Assembly (NCBI GenBank): GCA_043228905.1
Contig: JBHGNT010000002.1
Location: 11,346,001 to 11,410,000 of the forward strand
Source: Azolla caroliniana
Taxonomy: Eukaryota; Plantae; Polypodiophyta
DNA length: 64,000 bases
Reading direction: 5' to 3'
How positions within the stretch are numbered: the first letter of the stretch is position 1; every line of letters starts with the position of its first letter. The notes beneath the pieces were generated by a model. It searched no databases and had not been told where the DNA came from. It saw only the letters and a list, made by a program, of their open reading frames with translations. This document shows, in pieces, positions 12,752 through 25,082 of the stretch. A program made the translations under genes and the position numbers.

Positions 12752-15700
12752 ATACTCAAATGGGGAGCGCTCTCCCTACTGAGAAGTTGGATTGAAACAA
12801 CTTCGCATCTTGGGAGTACAAGATGCACCAATACTTTGTCAGACAAGGCTATTGGAGCTACATCAAAGGAGAGCACGAAGACCGACCCGCCGAAGCGGCT
12901 CCCAGATACGCGACATGGGAGGAAGCCGCAAGCTGCGTGATGTATTGCTTGGCGACATGTGTTCACAATCACATGCTTGGCTATATTCGCAAAGCCAAGG
13001 CGCCAAAGGAGGCATGGGAAAATCTACGAAAGATTTTCGCGGCGAACACAACCGCAAGAAGACTTCAACTCCGCCAAGAGTTGAACAACATTCAACAAAG
13101 GGACATGTCCATCACGACATACACCTTGAAGATCACACAGCTTTGCGACTCGCTCAACTCGATAAGCGTAACTATCGATGATGATGAGATGGTGCAAATA
13201 TGCCTCGGTAGCCTCGCACCACGGTTCAGCATGATGCGAACCGCCGTTCTAGCAAGGGAGAAATCTCCCTCCTGCTTCAAGCTCCAATCAATGCTATTGG
13301 TCGAAGAAAACCATGTGCATACAAGGAGCAATGAGTCAAAAGGCCACATGCTCTACACACACTTGAACGGAGGAAGAGGACGGAGACGAGCAAGAGGCCG
13401 ATTCGGCCAAGGACAAGGCGGACAAAGTACGACCTACGACAAAAATTCCCAATTTCGGCCGCAAAATGGAAGCCAACCAGGAACCTTCGCAAGAAGGGGG
13501 AGCTTCCACTCCGGCCCGAGCCGTCAAAATGCAACCGAATGTGGATATTGCGGAAAGCTAGGCCACCACAAAGAAGAGTGTCGAAAGAAGATGCGCGAAT
13601 CGGCTTCCACAAGCCGACAACTCACGAATTATGCGCACAATTCCAACTACGAAGAGTATAGTGGAATGTAGGAGCACAACTCCGACTACGAAGATCGTGG
13701 CGGAATGTATGGACACAACTCCGACCGTGGCGGAATGGTCATGATAAAACATAGAGCAAACTCTATGTCGGCCTCTACCTCAACTAGTGCCCTCAATTCG
13801 GAGGACGTATGGTTTGTTGACTCGGGAGCCTCAAACCATATGACATCTCATAAAGAATGGTTTCTCGAACTTCGAGAGCTGGAGCGACCCGGTTATGTTG
13901 AAACTGGAGATGACACTACGCACCCGATTCGGCACATCGGCAATGTTCCATTCGGCGAAAGAGGTAAGCAAACATACATTAAAAATGTCTTGCATGTTCC
14001 CACCATCATGAAGTGGTCTCGGTCTGCCAAATGGTTGAGCAAGGGATGCAAGTACAATTCGACCAAGAAGGGTGCTTCATCGAAAAAGAGGGTCGAATCA
14101 TCGCGCGTGGAAGAAGAGAGGGCCGGATGTTCATTCTCGATTCACACAAGATAAAATCCGTCATGTTCACAAAAAGCATGAAAGCCGACTCCGACATAGA
14201 GCTATGGCACAAGTGAATCAGCCACATCGATCTCAACAAACTCAAAGCAATGAAATCGAAAGGAGTTGTCATCGGACTCCCGACATTCAAAGAGAAGGAG
14301 ATTGAAGGTGTATGCGAAGCGTGCCAATTCGGCAACCAACACCGACACCCATTCCTGAAAGAGCGGAACATGAGCAAAGGTCTACTCGACGTAGTCCATT
14401 CCAACGTATGGGGACCGGGGCAAACGACTACATTCAGCGGATGCCGATATTACATGCTCTTCATCGACGACTTCTCCAGGCACACGTGGCTCTATCCGAT
14501 GCGGCAAAAGAGCGAAATGTTCGGACACTTCCAAAGGTTTAAAAACGAAGTCGAAAAAGCCATTGGTCGTCATGTATGATGCCTTCGATTGGATGGCGGC
14601 AAGGAGTACTTCTCGGACGATTTCACGGCATATTTCCAAAAGGAAGGAATTTGGTGAGAATTCAGTTGTCGACACACTCCGCAACAAAACAGAGTAGCCG
14701 AGCAAAAAAATCGACACATCCTCGAAGTAGCACGGGCCATGATGAACGAGAAGCATATGCCCAAGTCATATTGGGCCGAAGTTGCAAATGCAGTCGTCTA
14801 CCTAATGAACTGGTGCACAACATCCGAAGTGCACGAGGTCACTCCACATGAAAAATACTTCGGAAAGAAGCCGGACTTATCACACACCCGAATATTCGGC
14901 GCGATAGCATACGTGCACATACCCGATGAAAAGCGGCAAAAGCTAGATCCAAAGTCGGAGAAATGTATCCTCGTAGGATACTCACTTGAACAAAAGGGGT
15001 ACAAATGCTACAACCCATCTACCCGAAAAGTTCGAGTAAGTCGAGACGTCATGTTCGACAATCCACATCCTGATACGCACCAGAGAAGATTCTGACTTTG
15101 ACCCCAATCGACGTGGAACCGGCCGAACAAGAGCGAGAAGGTGGAGATCGCCTCGAAGACATGACATTCGAAGATAGACCGATTACCACAAGGCTAAGTG
15201 GGCCACAGGAGCCCCCGAGAGATCAAAGCACATCATGGCCTAGCCCGAAGATGGACGAAGGCAAGGAGAAAATGTCGGAATACAAGGACGATCGCTTCAA
15301 CGACGATGAGTCGACTCACTCACTCGACAATGAGTTTGGTAGCTTCGATGTACCAATTGGAACTAAGAAAGCCCTCACCTCTACCAATGAAAAGCTCCAT
15401 CGCTCCACCCGTGAAAAGAATCCGGTCAGCCGATTCGGCTACAACGACTACATGGCATATCACTATGCCTTTATGATGAAGGTGGCAACAATACGGGAGC
15501 CGGAAACATTTTCCGAAGCAGCCAAGGATCCGCGATGGATCGAAGCCATGAATGAGGAGATGCAGGCACTACACAAGAACGAGAGGTGGGATCTCGTTCC
15601 CACCTCACCACACAAAAAGGTGATCGGATGCAGATGGATTTACAAAGTGAAGTACAACGTCGTCGGTTCCGTCAACGCTACAAAGCGCGAGTCGTAGCGA

Positions 15701-16870
15701 AAGGCTACGAACAAACGCACGACGTTGACTATGAAGAGACCTTTGCCCTCAAGCAAGCACCGCGTGCTTGGCATTCGAAGATAACGCAATATCTTCATCA
15801 AATGAACTTCCATATGTCAAAATCGAACAACTCCCTCTACATACGAAGCGATTGCGCAAGTCCGATCGTCATCATCTTATATGTGGATGACCTAGTTATT
15901 GGCGGTGAGCATCTCGTCGAAATCAATAAGGTCAAATCCCTTCTTTCTGACAAGTTCGAGATGATGGACATGGAGGAGCTCCACTACTTCCTTGGCATCG
16001 AGGTAATTCAGACTCCGACTGGAATCATGATCTCTCAACGGCACTACATCCTCAACCTGTTATACAAGTTCGGTATGGCTGAGTACAAATCCACGGCAAC
16101 CCCGCTCGATCGCAATCTCAAACTAGATGCAAACTCCGGCGCCAAAGCGTGTGAGCCGACTCAGTATCGGCAACTCATCAGGAGTCTCATCTACCTCACA
16201 ATCACAGGACCTGATCTCAGTTATTCGGTCGGTCTCCTTAGCCAATTCATGCAAACACCGCGTGATACTCACTTGGATTGCGCTAAGCGAGCGAGTTCTA
16301 CGATACGTGTGCAGCACAATGGATTGCGGCATCCTCTACAAGACCGCGATGCAAATACGACTCGAGGGGTACACAGACGCCGATTGGGCCGGCTACAAAG
16401 CCGATAAAAGATCAACCTCTGGATTTGTTTTTTCCCTCGGTAGCGGAGCAATATCCTGGAGCAGCAAAAAGCAACCAACCGTCGCTCTTTCGAGCACAGA
16501 GGCGGAATACAGGGGCACGTTAGTGGCCGCATGTGAAGCCATATGGCTCAAAAGGATACTCAAGGATCTGGGCGTACCCATCACAGATCCGACTTCCCTT
16601 TACTGCGACAACATGAGCAGTATCTATCTGGCTCAGAACCCGGTGTTCCACGAGAGGACAAAGCACATCGAACTGCACTATCACTTCATCCGAGAGCACG
16701 TTCTAGCTGGCGATGTCGACCTACAACACATTAGCACCAATCTTCAAACGGCCGACATCTTCACTAAAGCCTTAGGAGCCGACAAGCTATGGCAATTCAT
16801 GACCGATCTTGGATTGATGATCCCTGACTTGCCAAGCTTGAGGGGGAGTACTGAAGATACTACGCAATAA
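12752..16870 (+). pseudogene. copia D gag-PR-INT-RT-RNase H polyprotein, disrupted
   Basis: CGYCGKLGHHKEEC knuckle; WFVDSGASNHM; LFIDDFSR; ILYVDDL; GYTDADWAG, SSTEAEY, RTKHIELHYHFIRE, ADIFTK. Confidence 0.92.
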
Positions 16871-17044
16871 CGCGTGGATTCCGCAACTGTGCAAAGCCGC
16901 GAAGAAAGACGCAAGCCGAAGCACAAACTTTGCAACTATGCACAACGCAAGCTGGAGCACAAATTCCGCATCTCCGCATAAATGCGAGTCGAAGCGGATT
17001 TTAGATACCGTCTGAAACCGACCCGACTTGAGCTTGAGGGGGCG

Positions 17045-17399
17045 TGTTAAGAATCAAGCTCAACTTGGTCTAATGTGTGAACTCACCTTGAGAGTGAATA
17101 GACACTCCAATGGTCAAGAGTCACCATTATGTCACCACTTTGTATTCTAGCATTTAGTATGAGTCATAGAATCATATTCTATGACACATAACTTATGAGC
17201 TTTCACATTCCCCATGCTCCATGAGTCTTGTAGTTAATGAAGAGAGAGGGTGACTATATAAAGCACCCTCCTCCCACCTTGTATAATGTTGTGTCTTACT
17301 CCTTGTCTCTCCCACTCTCTCTCTCTCTCTCTCTCTCTCATACACACACACAGTTCATATCTATTCTGCTGCACAGAATCCATCTCTGGATTCTTTACA
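17045..17399 (+). repeat. 3' LTR of copia D
   Basis: TG...CA termini, TATATAAA at ~17255, CT/CA microsatellite shared with the 5' remnant. Confidence 0.88.
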
Positions 17400-18859
17400 C
17401 TCATCAAGTCACCGTATTCAGTGATCACAAAAATCTTGCCTACTTCTAGAATGCTCGTGTATGAAATAGATGACAAGATCAGTGGGCCCAATTCCTTAGT
17501 CGTTTCGACTTCAAAATTACATACTGTCCTAGACAGCAACAAGGGAAGGCAGATGCATTATCACGACGCTTGTATCTAGCACCTTGTCCCAATGATCCAG
17601 CATTCGATAATCAAACGCAAGTGAGCCTGGGACCAACATGACTACAAGCAACGTGGGTTTTTAACACTCCATTGGATTCCCACATTATTGATACCATATG
17701 TGAAAACTTAAAGACAAATGCTTTCGCTCAAGCCATTCTAGTGCAAATTGATCCCTCTCGCGCATCTTGTTCATAGTCGTAACAACCATGCACTGACTAT
17801 CAACAATTCAAATGTCATGATGGATTAATATTCTTTAAGAAACTCTTGTATGTTCCCAATGGTTCTTGTCACCTTCAAGTAGTCCAAAATTGTCATGAAA
17901 CATATACAGCTGGACATTTTGGTACAACGATCATTTTGGTGGCCTCATATGCGACTATTTATCGAAGACTATGTTCAGACATGTGATACATGTTGCGGGA
18001 TGTGATACATGTTGCAGAGCAAAGATGTCAAGACATCATCCATATTGTTTATTGGAACCATTACCAATTTCAAGCAAGTCGTGGCAGTCTATTTCTCTAG
18101 ATTTTATCACAGATCTTCCAATTTCAAAGGGATTTGATGCGAGCTTAATAGCCATAGATCGATATACTAAGATGACACATTTCCTACCTTGTGCAAAGGA
18201 AACCACTAGTGAAGAAACCGTTGAAATTGTCATGCGTGAGGTATTTCGGCATCATGGCCTCTTAGATAGTATCATCAGTGACCGTGGACCTCAATTCGTC
18301 TCAAAATTCTGGAATCATCTCTTCAAAATGCTCAAAGTCACTTGTAACCTCTCCTCCGACTATAACCCTCAAACAGATGAACAAGGAGAACGAACAAATC
18401 AAACACTAGAACAATATCTTCTATGTTTTCTAAGCTATCAACAAGATGATTGGGCGAATATTCTCTACTTTGCCGAATTTGCTTATAATAACTCTATCCA
18501 CTCATTGACTAGGGTTACAACATTTTATGCTTACACAGGCTATCATCCTCGGTGGTGTGCATTTGAAACTCTGGAGTTACCCACAAATCCTCGTGCATAG
18601 GATCATTTGGAGCAGGACCAGAGTACGAAGTTGCTGCCATCCTCAATTCCAAGATTGTTCACAACAAACTCTACTATTTGGTTAATTGGCTAGACTATAA
18701 TCCAAGCGATCGTACTTGGGAACCAGTCGAGAATGTAGCAAATGCTCAAGCTCTTATTGAGGACTTCCATCGACAATATCTTGACAAACCAAGTCCTCAA
18801 TCTCAGACGTTTTAAGTAGGGGGGGGGGGGGGGGGGGGCGACAACATTCCATGTCATTA

Positions 18860-19940
18860 CCTACTTGTGGAGGGTCCAGAACTACTATCGGCATCGTCTC
18901 TGTGCCTTCGGTTGTGCTCTTGCCCCGATTGAGTGGTCCTCGACCCACTCGCATGGTTTTCTTCAACCATCAAGATGGATTCTAAGTCGAAGAAGGACGG
19001 TGGCTTCTCCTAGGTGCAAATTGTCGTTTGGAATGGCCCGTAGCGTTGTGCTAGACCACCAAGATAGATCTGGACCATCTCTGCAGGATGTTATTCAACT
19101 CTAGCTGGAGCTACAACTTACGGGTTGTGGTACTTGCGGCAAAAATCTTCCGTAGATTTTCCTAGGTCTCCTTTGGCATTTTAGCATCCTTGATGTAGCT
19201 GAGCATCTGATCGTGCACACCAGATGCGAGGCAGTACAATACTCGGCTCGCTCCTTGCTCCCACGCCAAGAAGTCTTTGTGTGCCAGCTCCAGTGCTACC
19301 TCGTTAGTTCCTTCCACACAGCTCCAATTTCCATGCCCCAGTAGGTACTGGTGCATTTTATATGACTAGGATGCATAGTTACTCTGGTCGAGGTTTTGTG
19401 TAGGAAGCGAACTTGGCATACCTCTGTCCATTTCAGTTCTCTATTGTTCTTCACTGGATGTTAGGGTTTGTCTTTGAAAGCGTATGTCGGCTGCAGAGGA
19501 GTCTCAAACCTCACGCTCTTATACCATGTAAAACTTAGCACGCGGAAGCTTGACAAAACCTATTAAGCTGGGCAGCACCACAAAATAAAACACAGGTTCA
19601 ATGGAAGCTTGAGAGTATTTAGCATACACGGGAGAGACTCAGAGAGCAGAACATAAACTCTATTAAAAAATAACACTATGTATTTTCTCTATACATACAA
19701 CATGCTAAACAACAGTATTTATACAAGTCCTCAAATGTATTGACAGAAGTACTATGTACTTCAATGCTCATACGAGCAACTGCTGCTAACTACGACGACT
19801 CTGACTACCTAGTAGTCTAGGAGTATAAACTAAGACTAGCCTTCCGGTTCACATTTGAATCCAGCTCTCCAATCCGGCTCACCGATTCGGCTCTAGCGTG
19901 TTTAGCCAATCCGGATACGGTTGAGCTTGCTCGCTCAACA
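18860..19940 (-). mobile_element. Truncated copia: 5' LTR (19527-19940), PBS and gag fragment
   Basis: Minus-strand PBS TGGTATAAGAGC next to the LTR; gag MHQYLLGHGNWSCVEG homologous to copia D gag; LTR similar to 50377-50808. Confidence 0.8.
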
Positions 19941-21375
19941 GGATGAAACACAACCCGATGGTCTCATACGGATTGGGTTGAGGTAAGAAGAGCATGTGAC
20001 CAGTTTGACATGCGTCGTCGATGGCTAATTGATTCCGACATGGCGTGATCGATAGTTCAATGATGGAAGGCTCCAACAACAACTGAGATGTCAAAGTAGA
20101 TTGGGCCGACCGAAAGAACAATGGAGGACAACGACATCCGGATGAAGATGGCTATGGATGGCATGGAAAAGGAGGACGGAATGTGTGTCGAGACTTCCTC
20201 CCCACTATTTCAAGAGATTTGGGCAATGGTAGATGGAGACATATCAGTCGGTGGAAAAAGGGCCATCTCCGAAGAGTCATACCCAAACAAAATTAAGACC
20301 CAAAAGAAGGAAGGTGACGGTGAGGAAGCGAATGTTGAAGCTGATGTGTATGATGAAGAGGCAAGCACAATCGAGAAGGTCAATGGATACGCAACCCAGG
20401 AGGCGCAAATTCTAGTTAAATCGGTATTCCCTAATTCCAGATGTCTTTTTTCTTCTTCATGCAACTCTTGTTTAGCCTCTTTTTGGAGTTCTATTGCGGC
20501 CAATTGGTCCGCAAAATAATCTACTTGGATTATGATATAGTCTTCTAATTCTTGTACTTTTTCTATTTGTTGTTGCGTCTGATCTTGTTGTTGTGCCAAT
20601 TGTCTTTTTAACGGTTGGTTAACGTTATCTTTCACCTCCAACCATTTGCCGATTTCGGTTTTAGCCAATGCAATGCGGTCTTCTAATTGCTTGACCTTGT
20701 GTTCTGTTTCTTCGGCTCTAGCGGTTGCGTCCTCCGCTTTGTTCTCAGCTTCTTGTAGTTTCTATTGGAATTGCTCATCATACTCCGATGTCTGGCGTGT
20801 CTGTTCTTGAGCTTCACCTACTCTTAATTTTTTTTCAGTTTATAGGAGTATTTCCGACAATTTGTCATTTTCAGCTTCACTCTTTGTCAATTGGTCCTAT
20901 AGCTGGTTTGCTTCTGTCGTCGTGGCTCTCTTGTATGTTTCAGCCATGTCTTTGGCTAACCTATTTGCCCTGTCATATTCTCTATACACGTCTACTAGTG
21001 TTGTTTTGTTCGTCTCATCCTTTGAGTTGTGTTTCCCAATGTCGAAGTCGGGACCTGTTCTTTGGCTGACAATGGTATCGGGGTTGGTGTCTGCTCCGAT
21101 ATTGCGCTATAAGGAATAGGAGTCACGATTGGCTCCTATGGTTTCTCTTTTGCCGATTTTTCTTGTTAGACTGTTTTCGATTGCTGGTTGCCGACCGGTG
21201 TCGCTTCTGGTTCATGCCATTCCTCTCGTGGCACTTGCTTCCGAACCTTCGATGTGGCCTGTCTCTATGGCCGTCCCTCTGTCTGCGAGGTGCTTTGCCA
21301 ATTCTCCGAACTACGTGTTGGGTAGAGTACTGATAACCATTTTGCAAATATTGACTTCATGGGTTTTCCGTTTTG

Positions 21376-21412
21376 AACACGGGGTCATTTGAAACAGGTA
21401 ATATGTCGCATT
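21376..21412 (+). repeat. Left TIR AACACGGGGTCATTTGAAACAGGTAATATGTCGCATT
   Basis: The reverse complement of 29042-29076 reads AACACCGGGTCATTTGAAACAGGTAATGTCGTATT. Confidence 0.92.
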
Positions 21413-21703
21413 TTTAGGACACTACGTCGAAAAAGGGCACAAAAACCACGAAGTTTACAAAAAGACGTGACGCATGTGTAAAGCTTTTCAAAAAATGTGG
21501 CAAAATATATTGAATTTCAACATGACTACCACTTTTAGACATAAGTAAAATGCCTAACAATATACATCGCCAAAATTTCAAAAGAATGTACAACATGACT
21601 ACTATCTATAATTATACATATTCGTGATTTAACATCTGAAAGTAATTTACAAAGTTTCAGATCAAGTAGTAAAACGATCCCGAGCTTGAACCAAGTCAAC
21701 ATT

Positions 21704-24311
21704 TCAAGACATGTCTGATGGACTGGAAGAGCATTTTGACGTCTCATCCTCATCATCAATGGGAATCAATGCATTGTCTTCGTCCAATTCCAAGCCAACA
21801 TCTTTGTGGTTATGAGAATTGCTTCTGGTTAGTCTCTGTATATTGTTTGATACCATATTTGGGATTTTCTCCTTTATTATCTTGATAGTGGCTTGTCTTA
21901 GATGGCCTGATTTTGTCAATGAGAAGTCGTATACTAGTATGTCAACACGGTCTAGTGCGAGTGTAGCTGTGCTCGGTATATTCTTTCTTCTTCTCTTTCT
22001 GCTTGAACATCCGACATCCTTAACCATGTCTAAAGAATACTTTCCCGTAAATGCATCAGGTGAAGATGTCTGATACTAGTGGACCACAATTGACCTTGTC
22101 TGATTGCCTTCTTCATCCTTCACTAATTCAATAATTTTTGCAATCCAAAATGGATGGCCCAAGTTATCACCCCCAGCTAATGTTGCGACCAATATTCCAA
22201 CTTGTAGTTCTTGCAAATTACCTTGCCATCTTGCCTCAACAATACGTGACTTTCTTGGTCCCACGTAAATATCTATTTGTTGTCGTCGAACTAAATTATG
22301 AAGCTCTATATTATTCGATGGTTGATGATGAGTCAGCGATATCGTTGAATGGGTTATGGATTGGCCAAAATCTGGTGATGTAATTATCTAAAAGGGTGCA
22401 TTGATGGGTGAAGAAGATCTCCCACCATTCAACATCCTCATCATCGACGTACTTCTTGGTGCAATCAATATTCTTTTGTTTCTGTTCAAGACATCGCAAC
22501 GAATATGCCCTTTGTTCATCAATAGAACTATTGGGTGCCACATTTTTATGATCATCATATGGCATTTGCTGGGCACCATGCAGTGGTGCATCTGGGATAT
22601 GAAGTAGGAGCCTACAACCTTCTTGGGGCTCCCATTGTGTACTAAATGAGTATTGTTTTGCAAACAACATTGTCATCTTGAGGTGGGCCGAGGTTTGTTT
22701 TATGGGGAAGACATGGTTGAAACTTATATTATTAAGAGGTGCAAGCACCCTACATTTAGTGCCATCACCATCCATGCAGAAACGTTTAAAGTCGTACACT
22801 TCATTCAAGTCATGTACTACAAGCTTTGGTGTATATGCTTCACTTATCAATTTTGATAGCGTGGTAAGTGTGAAAGCATTACAACGAGCTAGTTTCTTTG
22901 AGAACCTACTAAACATTTGACCTATGTGATCATGGGTATGACCAACTAATAAGAAGTTGACCTTTATCTTTTAAAATATGCCCCTCTCTACTAGCCTGCT
23001 TAGATAACCGAAGACAGTTGAGTTTTTATTCTCTCTTGCCGTGTTGTCTAGTTGCACGTATAGAACTGGCGGTACTATGCCTGACCATGATTTGCAATAC
23101 TCTGTGCATGACGGTGACAGTGAGATTAGGGTCGTTGTGGATATTAGGATAAGTTAAGAATACTTGTGGCCTTATTGTTTGACGATATGTCAAACACCCT
23201 ACTAGATGCATTTGCACGAGGCACTCATCTGCAATATCTTTTGGGAGGCGTTGGAAATGTGGCAAACAAGTCTTCTTTTGATCCATGCCATCAATAATCA
23301 TGCACATATACTTTTCGTGAGATTGAAGCGCTTTTTGTCGCTGATGCATAACCCTAAAATGTTCCAATGCTTGACTTTCACGATGTTCTTTTAATAGGTT
23401 CTTGTAATTCCTTATCTCTACATCTGATTTTCCACCCTTGGCCATACTTTTTAAACTTGCACATATTGAGCACACTCCCATTCGTACCTTTCATGGTTTA
23501 ACCACATTGTTAAATTGTAACCTCCATAATCGATTAAAATGTGTATACTTTATGTAAGGTGCATCATCTACTGACATGTCGTCCTTGTATGATTGGTAAA
23601 CTTCCCTTCGAGTAAAGTTATTTGACAAATGTAGTCTTCCTGTCGTAGGCATAATGTCGCACTGTTTTGAAAAATATACTTCCATCCACCAAATTGTGTG
23701 TTGCCCAACTTGACCCTTACATCCAGAACCATTTCGATCCAACGGTATCCACGATCCCTTTAGAAGACCCTCTTGAACTCGTTGCAACTGCATATTTCCA
23801 ATGCTATGAGCGCTTTTAAAAGCGGCTCGACAACACTTAGTATATAGTCCAAGGAAATATTCAACCTGAGTAGAATTAGACCCTGCGTTGTGATCCATTT
23901 TAAGTTGCATATGCAAAAGAAGAAATGTGTCATGCTCTTCCCCATTAAGCGACAAATATTTTTGTCGTGTTTCACGTAACCTCGACTTTCCATAAGTTGA
24001 ATGGTAGAGATTCGCACAACATGTTTTATTGAAGTCGCAAAGAAGTTGACGATCAAAACATAAAAAATTAAATCTCTTTCACTAACTTGTCGATGGATTC
24101 TTTTAAATACAAGTGGTTTACTAATACTACTGTTATCTATAAAAGTATCGAACTTCGCTTCTAAGCTTACATGAAGAGGGCCATCAACAGGATCGATTGA
24201 AAAAAGAGAATTCGAGGTACTAGGAGCCTCACTTTTCTGTTTGTGACGCGAGCCTTTCAAATGTCTCTTGTAATCGTACTCTTCTATTGAGAAATACGGG
24301 TTGTTGGACAA
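21704..24311 (-). pseudogene. DDD transposase, Sola-like / DUF7869-type, disrupted
   Basis: Joining frames gives KVRMGVCSIC, IIDGMDQKK, LYVQLDNTARENKN and FLLVGHTHDHI(G)QMFS, the motif series of RNase H-fold Sola-related transposases. Lies inside the TIRs. Confidence 0.8.
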
Positions 24312-24700
24312 AGAAAAGGGGGCAATAGAAAAAAAGACGTTCTACTTGTAGAAGACTTGACATTCTCAAAACTATCAAGACAAACCCTGTGACACTACCA
24401 TCAAAGGGCTATATACTGAACTCCTCTATAGAAAAGATTAAGGAACGTTCAATCTTTACTATATAACTATTAGAACTAGACACGAGTTATTGGTTACACT
24501 ATAACACTTTTTAGGAAGAGAAATTTCAAAAAAAATTAATTAAAAATTAATTTTTATTTAAAAAAAAACATTTATATATAATGAAGTTTCAAATTTCATT
24601 TTCATTATCACAACAAACAATCCATCGAGCTCACAACACAAACTAATTTCAAGCACTTCAAAGTACTACCTCCGAAGCACTACCTCCGCCAAGCATCATG
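24312..24700. promoter_or_regulatory. AT-rich spacer between the divergent genes, probable bidirectional promoter
   Basis: Position between head-to-head genes, TATA-like words (~24410, 24460, 24573), A/T tracts. Positional inference only. Confidence 0.4.
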
Positions 24701-25082
24701 AACAAGGGAAAGAAGATCACCAGCTTAGCAATATTCTTTACATTTTTTAAGATTCTAAAATATTCCTTTTCACAATAAGCAATAATCCCCAAATATTTTG
24801 TTAAGGAAACACACCATCGAATGAAAATGCACTTAAACTTCACTAGATGGTTCAAGAGAAGTCATGTCATAATAAAGGCATTCAACCAAAATCCGATGCA
24901 GTGCATCAGATTTTGGTTGAAAAAGTAGGGTTTGGCAGATAGAAAATTTATGTCCCTCATCATAGTTTTCTCATCATTTTGATACTATTTTTAGTGTTTT
25001 GCATTTAATTGTTCTTTATTTTATGCTTTCTCCATCGTTTTTGTTCAAATAATATGGTCTTGTTCATAATTAACCTAAATAG

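Larger units (their letters stand above)
12488..17399 (+). mobile_element. Ty1/copia LTR retrotransposon D with truncated 5' LTR
   Basis: PBS TGGTATCAGAGC (tRNA-iMet) at 12601-12612; PPT TTGAGGGGGCG before the 3' LTR (17045-17399). The 5' LTR remnant 12488-12600 matches 17291-17399. Confidence 0.93.
7831..18840 (+). mobile_element. Tcn1-like chromovirus (Ty3/gypsy) B, decayed, interrupted by copia D
   Basis: gag EPKIGLPMKFDG..FRGFL and a zinc-knuckle remnant (~10490); RT PFGLTNAP, IYLDDL; RH NYVIHDKELL; INT ISLDFITDLP, SDRGPQF; chromodomain EYEVAAIL...YYLVNW...TWEPVEN (~18620-18780); G-rich PPT at 18819-18838. Confidence 0.88.

Noticed and set aside
18819-18838. 20-nt poly-G as a functional G-quadruplex
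   Set aside because: It sits at the PPT position of chromovirus B (paralogue G has a shorter G run there), so it is a simple homopolymer expansion.
21376-21412. CACTA or Transib assignment from the CAC-like terminus
   Set aside because: The terminus is not CACTA/CACTG with a 3-bp TSD, and the transposase motifs are Sola/DUF7869-like rather than TnpD or RAG1-like.
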